In this document: positions 26,501 to 41,100 of the stretch, one piece after another | How positions within the stretch are numbered: position 1 is the first letter of the stretch | How the letters are laid out: each line of letters opens with the position of its first letter | Source of the DNA: Ruditapes philippinarum | Lineage: Eukaryota | DNA: 64,000 bases | NCBI RefSeq assembly: GCF_026571515.1 | Contig: NW_026858491.1 | Location: 1 to 64,000 of the forward strand | Direction of reading: 5' to 3' | Translations under genes and position numbers: made by a program | Notes under the pieces: generated by a model | Database searches by the model: none | What the model was told of the DNA's origin: nothing | What the model saw: the letters and a program-made list of their open reading frames with translations, nothing else

Positions 26501-29500
26501 CAAGTTCTTGCAACTCATATTGATAACTATTGAGTCCGTTTCCTTCAAGTAACCAGTTCATGTGCCATATGAATAAGGACATTAACTCATGATGACAGGG
26601 CTGAGAGGCAGGTATCTCAACCACTAGGATGCCACCCAACTTAAGAAATCATCTAAATGTGTAAAGTTTAGTAGTTTTAGAATGACGTTTAAGCTTTATT
26701 TTATTAAGTCAAGACATAAGGCCTATTAGCTTGTTTCCGTTTAAACATAACGTTTCTATATTAAAACAAGTTCTTTATTTTGTTTATGTTTGTATATGGT
26801 TTCACTAACATGTATGAACAGTTGATGGTGGCTGGAGTGAGTGGTCGCAATGGGGAACATGTTCAGTGACATGTGGCAATGTTGGGCTTCAAAATCGTAT
26901 ACGGTCGTGTACAAATCCAACTCCAAGAAATGCTGTCATCATTGCATTGGACAAAACCTTGACGTGAAGCTGTGTCATGGATTGTGTACCGGTTGAATAT
27001 ACATTGAAATTTAAAAATAAACTGTCGAAAGATGTAGTGAGTATTTGTTTATGTTGAGTGAATATGCAGTACAATTATATCACTGAGGTGTGTTATAAAA
27101 TGTTATTTTCATGAATGCGTCACGCAAGCGGGGTTCTCTTTTATCACTTTGATGTGTGATGAATAAAATATTCACATAAAAACACAAATTCTTTTTATGC
27201 CGAATAAGTATAGATAAATAAGAGCAATTTTCTACCGGTTTCATTGAAGCGCAAGAAGGAGGAGGATGTCAGAAGTTCAACGGCTTCGCAAACGCTGTGC
27301 AAACAAAAATAATTTAAGTTTGTAGTGAATATTGCGGAGTAACTTTTAACATCTTTAGATTATATATTTTATCACACAGATAGGACTTAGTATCTCACTG
27401 GTAAACTTGAAGAAGATAGTAATTAATATTGCTATGACTAGATGTATGTAAAAGTTTATCATATTTTTTACCGTATTGTGTGTGTTTGTTTTTGTTGTTG
27501 TTGCTTTTTTATCGAAGGAAGTCGCATATCCTTGATATTAAATTGTAGTTCACCTTACTTTGTTTCTGTGTCCAAAATACTTGATTCTATGGGATTTTAT
27601 AATCTGGTGGAATTTGTTTTTTAGTGACCTCATACAAACAGTTACTTAGATGTTCTCCCTCTCACCAGTTTACAAATTGTAAAATCTACGTCTCTTTAGA
27701 ATTGAACTTAGCAATTTCAAAGGTTTAAGGATTTCCTCTTTTTATCTGCTTCTGTACAGTACACCACTTAGTACCTGCGATTTGATTGGCTGGAATATAT
27801 TTGAGCTGCGTTCTGTGATAAACTTTACTTTTCTGATATATATATTTCTATCATACCATGTTAAACAGTATTCAGGAAAACGCAAATGAATAAAATAAGG
27901 TAAATATATAGAATACGTAGAAATGCAGGTTGGCGTTTGAACACAGTAGTAATGTGAAGTAGTATAGGCTGAAAACTAATTCTTGGCTGATATTTTTCAG
28001 AAAACGTAGCTTAAAATGTTGAACTTATTTGTGAACAATAGTCTACATATCTGGTATAATACTCAAAATGTAAATCTTCTTTAAATGAACAACTTAATAG
28101 ATGTTACTATCAGTTATTAAACTTATTGATACTATCCTATAGCCTGTTCAACAGAATGACTTTTTCTTCATTCTTTGCATAAATGGTTAGATTGTTAGGT
28201 TTTAAACAATATTTTCAAAATATCCTTCCGCGCCTGACACAGTTTACGAATTGTTCTTATATCTTATGAAACATAATACAATGGTTATTAATTATTTTAC
28301 ACCTAAAACGTTTTAAATTCTTATCTGATATTCCTTCACATATTGCTATGACATTAATAAGCTTATGCCCAAGAAAAAAAAGAGGAGTATATAATGTACA
28401 TCCCTTGAAAACAAGCCGTGCAATTCCGGTGTACTGTGACTTTGATACAGATTCGGGAGGATGGACGGTTTGATTGATTATTTAAGCATTGTTTTTATAC
28501 ACCGGTAGTATTTTATATAGATGCCTACAATGTGCATTTTCTTTCATGTTATAACTATAAGTATTTGTTGACAGATGTGAAAAAATACCTTTACCCATGA
28601 CTAAAGACTTTTAACATTTATGACGAAGAATTCCTTTCACGAAGATTTGACAGTTGATCTGATCACAAAAGTGAAGAAAATGCATAATAATTACACTCAA
28701 ATGGAATAGAACGTACATTGTTTGCTTATTATCGAACTTATTTAAAGCAATTAAATATGAAATTTGAAATTGCAAAAAAACGACAATATTCTCAACAACT
28801 TAAATGACATTGAAATTGAAATGTACATTAAGTGATAAAGAAACGATCATTCCATCTAACTGCTACTTGTCTGTAAGTTTGTCACTCTTAAGACGTACAT
28901 AAATACTTTGCTAGATTGAACATTTACCACTGCTGTGAAATTCTGAAAATATTTCTTTCAAATCTAAACATTCAGGTCTTTCAATTCCGATTCAACGGCA
29001 GCGTTGAATTCTACAGAAACTGTAGTGAGTATGAAAACGGATTTGGTTCATTCGATGGCGAATTTTGGTTAGGTAACTGCTTTATTTGAAATCAGATTTT
29101 CTTCATACGATTTGTACACATGATAAATACACACACAAATAAATTGCCATAAATAACTTTTAGTTAGAGTACAGCTTTGCTTTAAACGCTGGTAAACATA
29201 ATTTGAAATAATGGAGAACATACAAGTGTCATTAACCATGAACAACATTAAATAACATCTGTAAAATCTAGCAAACGAAAGTGCGGTGTTAAAAAAAAAC
29301 AATTTCATCACTAAGGTTTCTTACCTTTCGCCTTTTATAATAGTATTTGTCAAGAGAATGTCTCAATAAATATCTAAGAAAGTTGAGTAAGAGAAACTAC
29401 AATTAAGAAACTTGTAATAGGAAGTGTAATATTCCAAATCTTAACTTGCTTCTTTAAATACTTGAACATGTTTATTAAATGTTTGCCCCAAATATAACAT

Positions 29501-31712
29501 TTAACAGTTTAATGACCATCTCCATGCAATCTAATTAAAGTCATCTCTAAATAACGCTCCACTTTTAGATCTAACCGTGACCAAAAACGAAATCATATCT
29601 GGTGACCCGTCTCACAGCCAATCATCGGCGAGATTTCATAATTTTGAAAGCGATGTGATTTTTAGTTTTAACCCTGGGAAAACCAATACTGAGCTTGTAA
29701 TTATCACGTTTACGAGAACAAACATGGCGTTGTCCATATAGTGGACTGATAAACTGGCAAAACAATCTTGAACTTTAGTCAGATTGCTCTCAATGAAACT
29801 TTAAACAGTTATTATCACAAATGAGATAACTCTTTGAAACTTAGTTTTTTTTCAAAACCTCTTTACATGACAGCTTTCAAATGCTTTTGTTATGGATCTT
29901 GGGGGGTCTTTTAACTTAAGGTGGGCACATATGAAAATATATTACACTTTCCTCGCGCATATTTCATTTATTGACTGAGTTCGTTCAAATTTCGGAGGTA
30001 GATATTTTAGGTTGCTCTTTAACTTTGTTTTAATGACTTAGATCACTGGCATTTGAAAAAGAGTTTTAAAACATTATTCTTAACGATTTTATTTATTGAC
30101 TGGCGTTAATGAAAATACAAATGTGCAGGTTCGGATAGCATCTGGCATTTTAAGAAATATTCTTGTTCGGATGAATTTTAATGTTAAATAAATGGAGTGA
30201 GAACATTCTCTTTTTGCGTCTTAGAAAGACACAGGTAGAGACATGTACAGGCTTTTCTTATATTATATCGAAATAAGTATATTTTCTATGCAGGTCTTAA
30301 CCCATTACTTCATGAGCATTTTGTGAAAAATGGCTGTTTTCATTGAAAAGTCTCCCGTTACAAGTTCAAATTGCTATAATACTATAAAAACTGCTTCAAC
30401 ACTAATCAAACTTGGCACAAATGTTGACAGGACCATTGTCCTTGCAACAACATGCTCAGGCTTAAATTTTCTGTTACCATGGCAACGAGGGGACATCTCA
30501 AAATTGCCAAAAATCACTATTTTGCGTTGATTTTTTCCATCAAAATTGATTTCAAAGTGCTGCAACTTCTCAATGGATTGAGATAGAGTCAAATGCTTTT
30601 CAGCGTTGGTAACACGTTACCTTATGATCAATCTGGGGTCATTTACAGCCTCTCACAAGTCCAAAATTTTCTTGGCGATGAGGGGGACTCCGCCCCCCTT
30701 CAAACCCCCCCAAACAGAAGGGGGCACATCCCCCTTCTGGCAACCCCCTGATGTATCTTTTGGTTGGGGGGCCGCGCCGAAAAAAGGGTCACTTTTTTTA
30801 ACAACATTTCTCAAACAAAAACAAGTGTTTGGGGCCTAAATAAGGCATTTTTTCATCATTTGAGACAACAAAAAGGGGGGGGGGGTGAAAAAGGCGTTAA
30901 AAGGCGTGTATATGAAGTAATGGGTTAAACATATTTTTTGTATATACGAAATGGTTTCCCGACACGAGAGTTAAGATTGGATCTGACAGCGACTGATGGA
31001 AGGGTTATGCACGAAACATTTTTAGAATTTTCGCTTCAGTAATGGCCCGTATTATACTCTTCGTATGGACATTGGAGTCAGTTCTCCAGGTAAGAAATAA
31101 TGTGATTGTTCTTTTGAATGACATTTTAAAAAACCAACAACAACAACTACAACAACAAAAAACGTGCACAATTATACCCATGAGAAAAAGATTAAACGAT
31201 AAATGCTTAGTTATAAATCTATTACTCTTATTATGAAGGACAACGTGCATTTTACATATTTCTACCTTTAAACAGGCAATTTTAATTAATGAAACTACGA
31301 AACTGAAAAGACTGCATGCCAGTAACTGCTTAATCCAATGAATATTCACACAGACTTTCCGAACATGTAAATTGTCTTGAAATGTTGAAGTTACAAAGAC
31401 AAAAAATGAATATTCAATGCACTTCATTAAATGTCTTCCTTGAAACAGATAAAAGTGACAGATTACCAAACCAATTTGGCAAGCATTTACAACGTACGAT
31501 CATGATCAGGATGCATATTTTGATAACTGTGCTGTTTTAAGGGGTGGTGGTTGGTGGTACCAAAATTGCGGCTATACCAATCTACATGGGATCTTTGCAA
31601 AACCAGGAATATTGTCAATTGGCAAATTTGCCCATGATGGAATGTTTTATCACTCCTTCACCAACAACTTTAATTTTTAAAAACGTCTAAAATGATGTTC
31701 CGAAGAGTATAA
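23502..31712 (+). pseudogene. Secreted Ly6/uPAR-like + ShK + 3x thrombospondin type-1 + fibrinogen C-terminal (FReD) protein gene, disrupted
   Basis: Hand-spliced exons: 23502-23514 and 23849-23890 (signal MLILGVLLLFGLSAIRGT); 24287-24366, 24502-24567 and 24761-24900 (LECYSC...CCSRDKCN); 25389-25511 (ShK six-Cys pattern); 25699-25860, 26074-26244 and 26822-26991 (TSP1); ~28330-28467 (VYCDFDTDSGGWT); 28976-29072 ([15 protein letters not shown]...GEFWLG); 30294-31089 (with insertion); 31449-31712 (FTTYDHDQD..NCA...GGWWYQNC...KMMFRRV*). Frameshifts in several exons plus an exonic transposon insertion. Confidence 0.88.
30301..30924. mobile_element. piggyBac-type non-autonomous element inserted in a FReD exon
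   Basis: Perfect 13-bp TIR CCCATTACTTCAT / ATGAAGTAATGGG flanked by TTAA on both sides (30297-30300, 30925-30928). Confidence 0.9.
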
Positions 31713-32365
31713 ACGTTGCTTTTCATACGTTCGAAAATCTTAGGGGTGGAGGGGTTATTATGGTATATCGTTGTCTGTCTTTTAAAAATAATGAATTGTG
31801 GTTTAATTGTATTTTTATTTGACATGTCAGTATGTTGAAACAAAACAAAGGTAAAATTCGAATTGGTCCGTTACTTATAGAGATCTACCGTTTGGTCATT
31901 TTTGTTTCTGTTACAAATCTTTTGAAGAATTTGAGGGATTGTGTTTACAGTTTTATTTTGTTATGAAAGTATGTTTTTATAAGAATTCAACTCAAGTTTG
32001 ATATGTGCTGCAATCAAAACAATGCTGATAGATTTGTTCCGCTCTTTAAGCACACTTTAAGTGAAGTAATAGGTTTTCACAAAATAACTTTAAGGACGCT
32101 GTAGCAACTCAATAGCATCTTCTACAACGCAACAGGAGAGCCTTGAAAGCGCAGAACGATCGCCGAATGAACGCCTTTGTTAGCCATGGCGCTTGTACGG
32201 AGATTGTGCGGCGTCTCTATCACCCTATACTGCGTATGTACGGCGATTGTATGGATCTTTATCTTTTGTGAAAAGCTCTTACTACGACTTTACGTCACTG
32301 TCACGGCGACCACTGCGCTTTCAAGGCGATTCTACTGCGTTCATCTGATATTGCAGAATACAGTA

Positions 32366-32831
32366 CAGTAAAATCCCTACTTAAGACCACTCCGAAACAA
32401 AGATCATTCCTGTATTAAGACCAATTTTCAAAAGAACGAGAGTTTCTGTTATTTATGTTAATGGTAGCATGGTACACAGTTAATACCACACCACTTATCC
32501 ATCTTAAAGACCACCAGTTTCAGTTCCAATTAATTGTTTTATTTATCTAACTCCACTATTGAGACCACTGATATTCCAGCAAATACCTATTCAGATCACA
32601 AGTTTATTGTAAATAAATAAACTTCATAATGGTTTAATTTTATTTTCTGCATTTATTTCGAAGGTTATAATATAGTTGATTAAAAACATGTTAACACATA
32701 AACATTCAAATAGAGTGGTCATGAAGTATATAGACCTTGATAATTATAGCCATATTTTAGACCATTCGCAATTCAGCTCACTGAGACTTTAGTCTAGTCC
32801 TTTTGGTGGTCCTAATAGAGGGTTTCCACTG
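32366..32831. mobile_element. Tc1/mariner-type MITE
   Basis: TA-flanked imperfect TIRs CAGTAAAATCCCTACTTAAGACCA / TGGTCCTAATAGAGGGTTTCCACTG with internal TAAGACCA repeats. Confidence 0.7.
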
Positions 32832-35008
32832 TATATATATTTTTTGACGATTACCTGAAGTAATGTAATAAATCCTGTGAAAGATGTCCGTGATAATCTT
32901 CTTCTTATTTTTCTTATTTGACTTTATGTGTGCAAGCCCTTCATCTGTTGGCACAATAGCATAATGAACTTTGAAACATTGTATGCCTATACATTCACGT
33001 CCGCCGTTTTACTAACACAAATATCATGATTTGAAAATTTCATAGCCATCGTTTATCAAACATAAATAAAGTTCAATTAATTAAATCAACCACATTATGA
33101 GTTTCACTTAATCATATAAAACATAATCTAGACTATCACAAATGATATTTTCTTTAAGCAGAATGCTCTAAAATCGTGCTTATTTGTTGAAAATGTAGAA
33201 GAAAAAATGTTTTAAAGCAGTATCTACAAAGTGAGCAAATGAAGTTATTTATCCTGTATGAGACACTTTCAATCCGATATGAGTCAAAATATCATCCTCA
33301 CTATGTTTCCTTTTACAAATAAGTGGTCAAAAAGTTATAATATATAAAGGGATCGAAGAATCAATGGAATTTAAAATTTGATGTCGAAAAAAATAAAATA
33401 TAAAATAACCAAAACCAGTTAAAACAGTATGTGGAGGTTGTAGTTGTTGACATGCAGTCCATTACTATTACATCAGTTTGTTGACCATTGTTTAGTTGTG
33501 ATAATTAGTTTCATTGCACAGTTTCTCCTTTCGATCTAAATACATGTATATCATTTATGAAAATATCTTGAGGCTACGATATGTTTTTTTAAAATAATTT
33601 TGGAGACAATACAAGAAAGTGATATTGACCTGTTTTTGCTGGGTTTATAACTTGTTTTGTCCTTGTTGATCTTTCTTTCCGTTTATCTTAAACTTTGGGA
33701 CTTTCATGGGAAATACTAGCTGATTTTTCAATCCTGATTGCCATATCTGTGTCTGAGGTAATCTGAAGCTTCAGTTCTTTCTAACAACGAACTAATAAAT
33801 TAGTTAAATTTGTTTTGTTTGTTTGTTCATTTTAAGCCTTTCCCAACAGTATTTGCTTTATCAGATGGGTTTTCGTAAACTTTAGAGGATTTTATTAGCC
33901 AAATATTCTTTTAGAAATTTCACAAGGATTAATTGTCATGTAAGACTATATAAAAGAATAGCGAAAATGGGCGAAACATAGCCGGCCGAAATACGCCGGC
34001 AATGTAATGTATCAATCCGTTACAACCCAAACATTCCAGATAACAAATGAGAGATATCAGTAAGAAGGGACTGTATTGATATTCCCACTAACACAAACAA
34101 TAAAGATCCTTGTTAAATGCATTAATTTCAGATCTATATCAATACATAAACAATGTGTTGTAAGGGCGATAAATGGTCGTTTAATTATGAAACAATAAAG
34201 AAGAGTTACCTGTTACTTTAGCAAAGAACGTGTGCAAATGTGGTATATTTAAACTATGAACAAATTATGAAACATGTCTTTGCTACATATATTGCGTCCA
34301 GTCGTGTGTAATTATAAAGATACTCTACATACCATGTTTTATGATACTTTCATTAACAAACAGACAGTTTCAACAAAGCAAGCATAAAATTCGCTAGTCT
34401 TGTTGGAGAAAAACGCTTATGGTATGACTATTCTTGGGTCAAACATCAAACATGACCACCGACCGTAGTTGAATTGATAAGAAAAATCATAGAACAACGC
34501 CATGTTGCACTGTTAGTTATAAAATACTTTGGTACAATACAGGTTAAAATTCAGGAAAGTCGGTAAGTTGTTACATAACTGATCAGTTCATTTAGTTTCA
34601 CATGCTAGTCTCGTGATTGGTAACAGATGCTTTTGAAAACGGAATCGATATAACTTAAATGTTATATAAGTTTATTTTACCTTGTACATTATCAGTGTCA
34701 TTTTACATAATACCATTTGTTACAGTTCATTTGTATCATAGTTTGGAGACCTTTCTGTTGAAAATGTGTCAGGGTTAAATCGTATACATATACATGCACA
34801 GTGCGTTAACTGGAGTGCGGGTATTAGTTACCCGCACTCCAGAGCATGCCCATTGATTGGCTCATTTTCGCTGGGGTTTACATATTTGACGGCAGAGAAA
34901 GGGAAAGCGACAGAAATGTCATATTCAGATGTTCGATCATTGGTTCAATTTTGCCGGGGTTTCATATTGTGACAACAGGGAACGTGCTTTTATGTTTGAC
35001 TATGATAC

Positions 35009-35110
35009 AAAAGAGAATGAACACCAAAACACTCGGTAATCTGATTAATACTCGGGGGCTACGCCCCTCGTACAAATCAGATAGCCTCGTGTTTCGGTGC
35101 TCTTTCTATT
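35009..35110. repeat. Hairpin terminus of a non-autonomous element
   Basis: CACCAAAACAC..ATCTGATT pairs with AATCAGAT..GTGTTTCGGTG around the loop CTCGGGGCTACGCCCCTCG. Confidence 0.7.
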
Positions 35111-35787
35111 ACTTACTGATAATAGATATTATTATAGTGGTCTTAAATCAAGCACAAACTATTTGAAATGACTGTACTCAGTATATTCAGAGGTCTTAAA
35201 TGAGGGACAATCTATTTGGATAAAACTTATTTCATACAACAAATTTATCATAACAATTTACCATATCAATTTACCACATTAAGTTATATTTACAGAAATA
35301 TTACTGTGAAATACATAATCCTATGATACAACATTCAAACGTATGATATAAGGAAAGGAACAAACGCTTAAATAGCATTTATTTGGCTTGAATACATAAC
35401 AAACTTGTCAGGTAAAAAACAAATAAAAGAAGGCAAATAGTTTGTAAATTACTGTAAATCACATATGAATATAAACGACCATAGGAACTGCATACAATTG
35501 TTACTCCCTTACATTTGTGAGTATAAAGGAGAAACCACTACCACTGGGAAGAAAATATTACTACAATACTTAGCTCTTTAGCAATGCGTTTATGCTTTGC
35601 TGTAAAGAAAAAAGGAATTAAATTGGCTGTTCAAAAAAGACATGAAAGATTAATGAATAAGCTGTGAGCGTGCTTTGAATGATTTTTACCACAAAACACA
35701 TACCAACCATCTAACTACAATTATTTTGATTAAGCATTGGGCGCATAACAATGCAGTTTATTGTACTTTTTCATAAAATGCACTATC

Positions 35788-36000
35788 GCCTCCGTGGTCG
35801 AGGGGTTAGAGTCGATGACTTCCAATCCAGTTACCTCTCTGGCGTTAGTTCGATACCCGGGAGAGGCTTTGGTAGTTTAGCACGGAGGGAGGTAGTCTTG
35901 TACTAGTGTAACTCTCCAGGAACGATGGTTAGGAAACTACCCGCCTATAAGACTAAAATAATGTTCGGAAAAGGCGTTACTAAATGAAACAAACAAACAA
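35788..36000 (+). mobile_element. tRNA-derived SINE
   Basis: tRNA-like head GCCTCCGTGGTCGAGGGGTT (A box)...GTTCGATACC (B box), an unrelated body, and a 3' (AAAC)n tail. Confidence 0.75.
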
Positions 36001-38125
36001 TGAGAACAAGCCCAGTACAATTATAGATCAACAATTGAGCAAGTGCTTAAGGTTATCCACGTGCTTGGTAGAAACAGTTGTTGTTATGATGTCAATTTGA
36101 ACTTATATAATAGAAAAACAAGAAAATAGGACATCTGCTTAATGTGTCTGAAAAAAACTGTAAAATATTGTAACAGTTGTTTTGACAAACAATTGTCTCA
36201 TTTAATTTTTTTATCAGACATTCAATCTCTTTAGTTCGACCAATCGTTGTCGAACACATATTCTGCGTTTGTTCTATCGCTAATAAATACTGTGAATTAA
36301 TATCATTACACATTGTTAAACAGAAGAATATAGGAGGGCGAAATACTTGGAATTTATTTGCAGGGTTTTAAAGAAATAAAATTATTTAACGTCAGGGAGC
36401 TAGAAGATTCAACTTCATTTTACCTGAAACCTGTACAATGTGAGTACCTTATTTCTATTTATCTATTTATTTATCAACTTATACGTTTATTCATCTTAGA
36501 CACAGACTCAGCAAAATTTCTAAACTTGCGTATCATAGTTTATAATTTTGAAAGTTTATTTTTTTAAACTGTCTCAACATGTAGAAAGTTTATATTTTTA
36601 AACTGCAGCGTCGACTGAAAACCTGCTTTTAGGCTTTTATCGAGCGAATGATTAAACATTCTTTGTATATTCTAAGGATAGCAATCATGTCTGATTTCTA
36701 TTTAACGGTTAATATAATTTTACACTCCAATTTTAAAAGATAAAATAGAGAGTAAAAATGCAGAAGAAAAGTTTATAAACCCGCGTTTCCTCTATATTTT
36801 TTCTGTTCATTTACTTACTTTTCGATGTAAATAATATAACAAACCATACACAGAAATGTTTGCAAGCCCGCAAATAAGAATACAGTAGGATCTGCACTTT
36901 AGGGGTCGATATTTACAACCGAAACTTTATCCGTGGCAATTGGTCTCTATCATTGGGTCTAACTGGATATCAATATAACCGTTTGCGTCGGTGTTAAACG
37001 TTGGTATCGATATTGCACAATAATCATTTCAATGTGTCAAATACGGGCTTTTAAAAAGACCCTTTGTTATGTGATTAGCCATTGTTTGTTTTAATGGTCA
37101 ATGGAATCTATTTTCTTATGTTTTATTTTAACATCGAAAGAAAGCAGTGCCCAGGTCAATAAATTTACACCGAGACAGCTTTTTAGAATGACCCTTGAGC
37201 ATACTGCAGAAAACATAGCTGTTATTTAGAAAGTCTCCACTGCGGTCTGGAGCTTTGTATAGACATATTTTGTCGAAACGAAAGTCTTTAACTTGGTTCG
37301 GCTTTAATCAAATAAGAGGGTACTTAATCAAGTCAAAGCTACATTATTTTAGATCATACTCCTGTATTACATTTAATCTAATAATTTAGTGATGTTAATC
37401 TGAAGTACTACATCTATATAATAGTTTAACAATTAAAATTGAAAAAATAAGTGCTAAACTTTAAAATAAAATGACACCAATAAGCGTTTGCCAATCTTTG
37501 TTGAGTTTATTCTTCATATAACAAGATTCAAAAAACATTTTTAAATGATTATACTTTACAGATTATTCAAATCGATCTATTTTAATAAACAAATGAAAAC
37601 TGATGTAAATAAAATAAGAGTCTTTCATGTCATTTAGTGACATACCAAATATGCCGATTCGTTTTGATTCAGTATGGGGATGGTAGCTTGTATTATACAA
37701 TACCGTTCATGTCACAAGCTCTGGCTAATGAAAATGATGGGATTTAGGCCTCCGTCCCATCTGTGTCTTTACTCGATGGTGATCATTGAACTCGAAGACA
37801 ATGACCTTAACCACTTGTTCGCTGACGTCCGTTTTGGCCTTTTGTCAAATCAAATATCGAAACCAAAAATATGAGTTAATAATAAATCAAATATTCAATA
37901 AGTTGTGAAGAAAATCGTCATAGCTTGCCTGCGAAAAAAAGATTATTCAACTCACAATTATCATTTTCCGGGCTCGGACCTATGAAAAACTGGGTTGAGG
38001 AATAGACATCAATCATCATTTGTTTGTTGTCAATGATTATTTTGTGTTAATTCTTCATGTTTTCAGACAAAATGTTTGTTTTTCACCCTTATGTTTTTAT
38101 TAGCTATTTGTAATCTGTGAAGAAG

Positions 38126-41100
38126 ATGTCGATGTTAATATACACTGGCTTGGTAAGATGTTACTTACATAAATTATTTACAGTGATAATAACAAATTGT
38201 ACCCCCTTCACCTACGCCCCGTCTGCAATATTCTAAATCAACTTTAAAGTAATAGATTATTATCTTGAATGTATGATGTTTAATATTTTAGCCAAATCAT
38301 AGAAAATATTTCTTGCATGCACTATCATCTTAATTAGATTATTTACCAAATATAGAAATATTATGGATTTACTTATAACACTTGGTCTTAATAAAACGAT
38401 ATTTAATTACAAATAGAAGTGTTATTACTTGACCTGTAATAGGGAATATAGCTTTCCGTAAATATATCGTATACTCTTTTATTCAAATAAGACATTTTTG
38501 ATCAAAATTTCATAGATTTCAATCAATTTTTACGATGAAAATATTTAACTCAAAAATGAGTTTAATTAATTTTGAATGACCAATTTTGTTTATTCATGTC
38601 AGGTTTACGTGTTGCTTTCAATCTATATCAAAACAACAGAAGGCGCTTTGAGCTGTGTTGAACATTCTGATGTAAGTGTTTGTTGTTTTTATTTTTCTTT
38701 TATTCTTTCATTGCTTAAGCAAAGAAATATATAAAATTAAAACAAGGCAATGATTATAACATAGATTTCATTGTTTTGGTTAGGCCTAGTTATGATCAAA
38801 CACCGATCATAAGCTTGATAAGGAAAATATGTCTTTGACTTTTTACCATGTGACCTAATTCTTCAACAACCATATTCAAATTTAACCTGTATATCATCCA
38901 GGCAGAGATAAAAGATTCAATATAGGTTGTGATCTTAAGAGTATGAAGAAAGTTTTTCTTTCATTTGACCCGATGATCTAGTTGAACATATTCGCAACTA
39001 ACCATTTTACCAGTCTAAATAACAAAAGCTCCTATAGATAACATTGTGTTCAAAGGAGCTAACTTTAAATCCAAATGCTGCTTTCAATGACTATTCTGGC
39101 TGGAAACATCATCCGCTTAAAATTCACGACAGAAAACTTTTTAAAACATAGCTCTCTTTTTTTTGATAAATATAAGTTTTTGGGCTTGGATCTTCGAGGG
39201 TCAAGGTAGCATTGAAGATGAACACTGTTCGTGATACATATCTAGACAAATATTAAAATAGAGAAAACATAATGCCTTAAATAACGCGCAGAACGACTCT
39301 ATTGACAGTTTTAAGCTTGTTCGTGGACGGTACTGGAAAGTGCAGGTCACTGTCCACGCCCAATAGCACCGGCTTAAGCAGAATTCAACATTTAAAAGCA
39401 AAAGAGATGAAATGTTAGATGTTAAAACATCAGCAGAAGCGCTCATACGGCTGATAACATGGAACCTTCATATTTAATCTAAAACATCCAAAGGATGTTT
39501 TTTATTGTATTGAGTAGAAGTTGTTTTTGTGAGAAGTTTTGTAGCACTCAAAGTGTTTCTGACCAATTGGATAATCAAATGATAAAGTACAGATATAGTT
39601 AAAGTAAATTAATATAATTACACAATTCAACAAAATTGAATCTGTTTAATAACAGTTCAGAATCTTTTTTATTGCAGTGTCCTGTCGGAAGTGCATGCTT
39701 GCTTCCGGGATTTGGAACAGCAAAGCAACCTGCCTCAAAAAAATGTTACCCTTGTAAGTTAAATACGTCGAACGTTTTTCAACAATTAATTAGTAATATT
39801 TAAAAAAGACTGTTATTGTAAATACTAAAGGTTTTACCATTTTACCTCTTTTTTATTTGCATTTAAATTTTGCTATTTATCTTATTTATTTATATATTTT
39901 TTCTAGAAAATCATGGCCATTAGAATACAATCATTTTATACCTATAATTGTCGGCAAACTTCCGTTACTTTACATAAATGATTTATTTCGAAAAGTTTTG
40001 TTCTCAATCTTACTTTGATTTTCGTTCATAACAGCTATTTAGAATTTTAGAAATACTCAAGGGAACCAGTCTTTAAAACTAATTTGATATTGAAATTGAT
40101 TGCATTCAATGTTGTAGTTTCATGACTGCTAATCAATAATCTTATCACAACCAATTTATTAATGGCATCTTTTTAGGTTCGTGTGCTGATTTGAATCAAT
40201 GTTACTTTCAAGGGGGCCTTCATGGCAAGGTGATACAATGTAACTGTTCCGGGTCGGGCTTTACTGGCTGCAACTGTGAAACAAGTAAACGTGCATTTTA
40301 CGTTATGTTTATCAATCAAAGTCGCTGTACTTTATTAATAATTTATTAATATTTTTGTTGGGATTTACGTCACACCGACACAGTATAGGTCATATGATGT
40401 CATTTGAGCTTTACTGTTGCAGGAAGACCTCACGTACCCTTCTATGTATTATTTCAGGCACGACCAAGCAGCTGGGTAGAACCACCGACGTTCCTTAAGC
40501 TCGCTTCATAGTTATATTGATATATGATTGCTTACAACATCTTAGAAGAATGTTACAATTTAATAAAATAAGTGAAGAAGATAATGCTATAATGAAAGGG
40601 AAGAAGTATGATTTTAAGAGAGGTGGAGATCATTCGAAAAAACAACTAGTTCAAGCTTATTATAATGATCGTTAATGATCTTATATTAATAATAATTTTA
40701 TTTTAGGCAACATGTATCCATATTTACCAGAAAAATGTCTGTATAACTTATGGATGAATTACAATCTTTCAAACATTTTTTTGTGTCCATCAACATAAAC
40801 ATATAGAATGCTTATCCTTGAGTAATATAATTTAATCACAAAGAAATTATTGAAATCTATGAAATTCTTATTGAATATATTTACTTTAAATAAACAAATG
40901 AATAATTTATGTATGTGAAGCTGCATTTCCATGTAAAGTTGGTCTTTTCTTTAAAAGAAATATGCCAGTTTTTTATGACACTATATATTCATATTGTGAC
41001 CATAAATAGTATGTCGAATCTTAAAGAGAACATATGTACTTTGCGTGAAGTCGAAACACGTTTATTTATTTTGCATTTACAAAGAGACTGTGTAGCAATT

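Noticed and set aside
29535-30022. Kolobok-like TTAA-flanked element in the FReD intron
   Set aside because: TTAA-AG ends are present but the putative TIRs match too poorly to support a call.
35788-35870. Functional tRNA gene
   Set aside because: A and B boxes are present but the cloverleaf is degenerate, and the sequence continues into a SINE body and AAAC tail.
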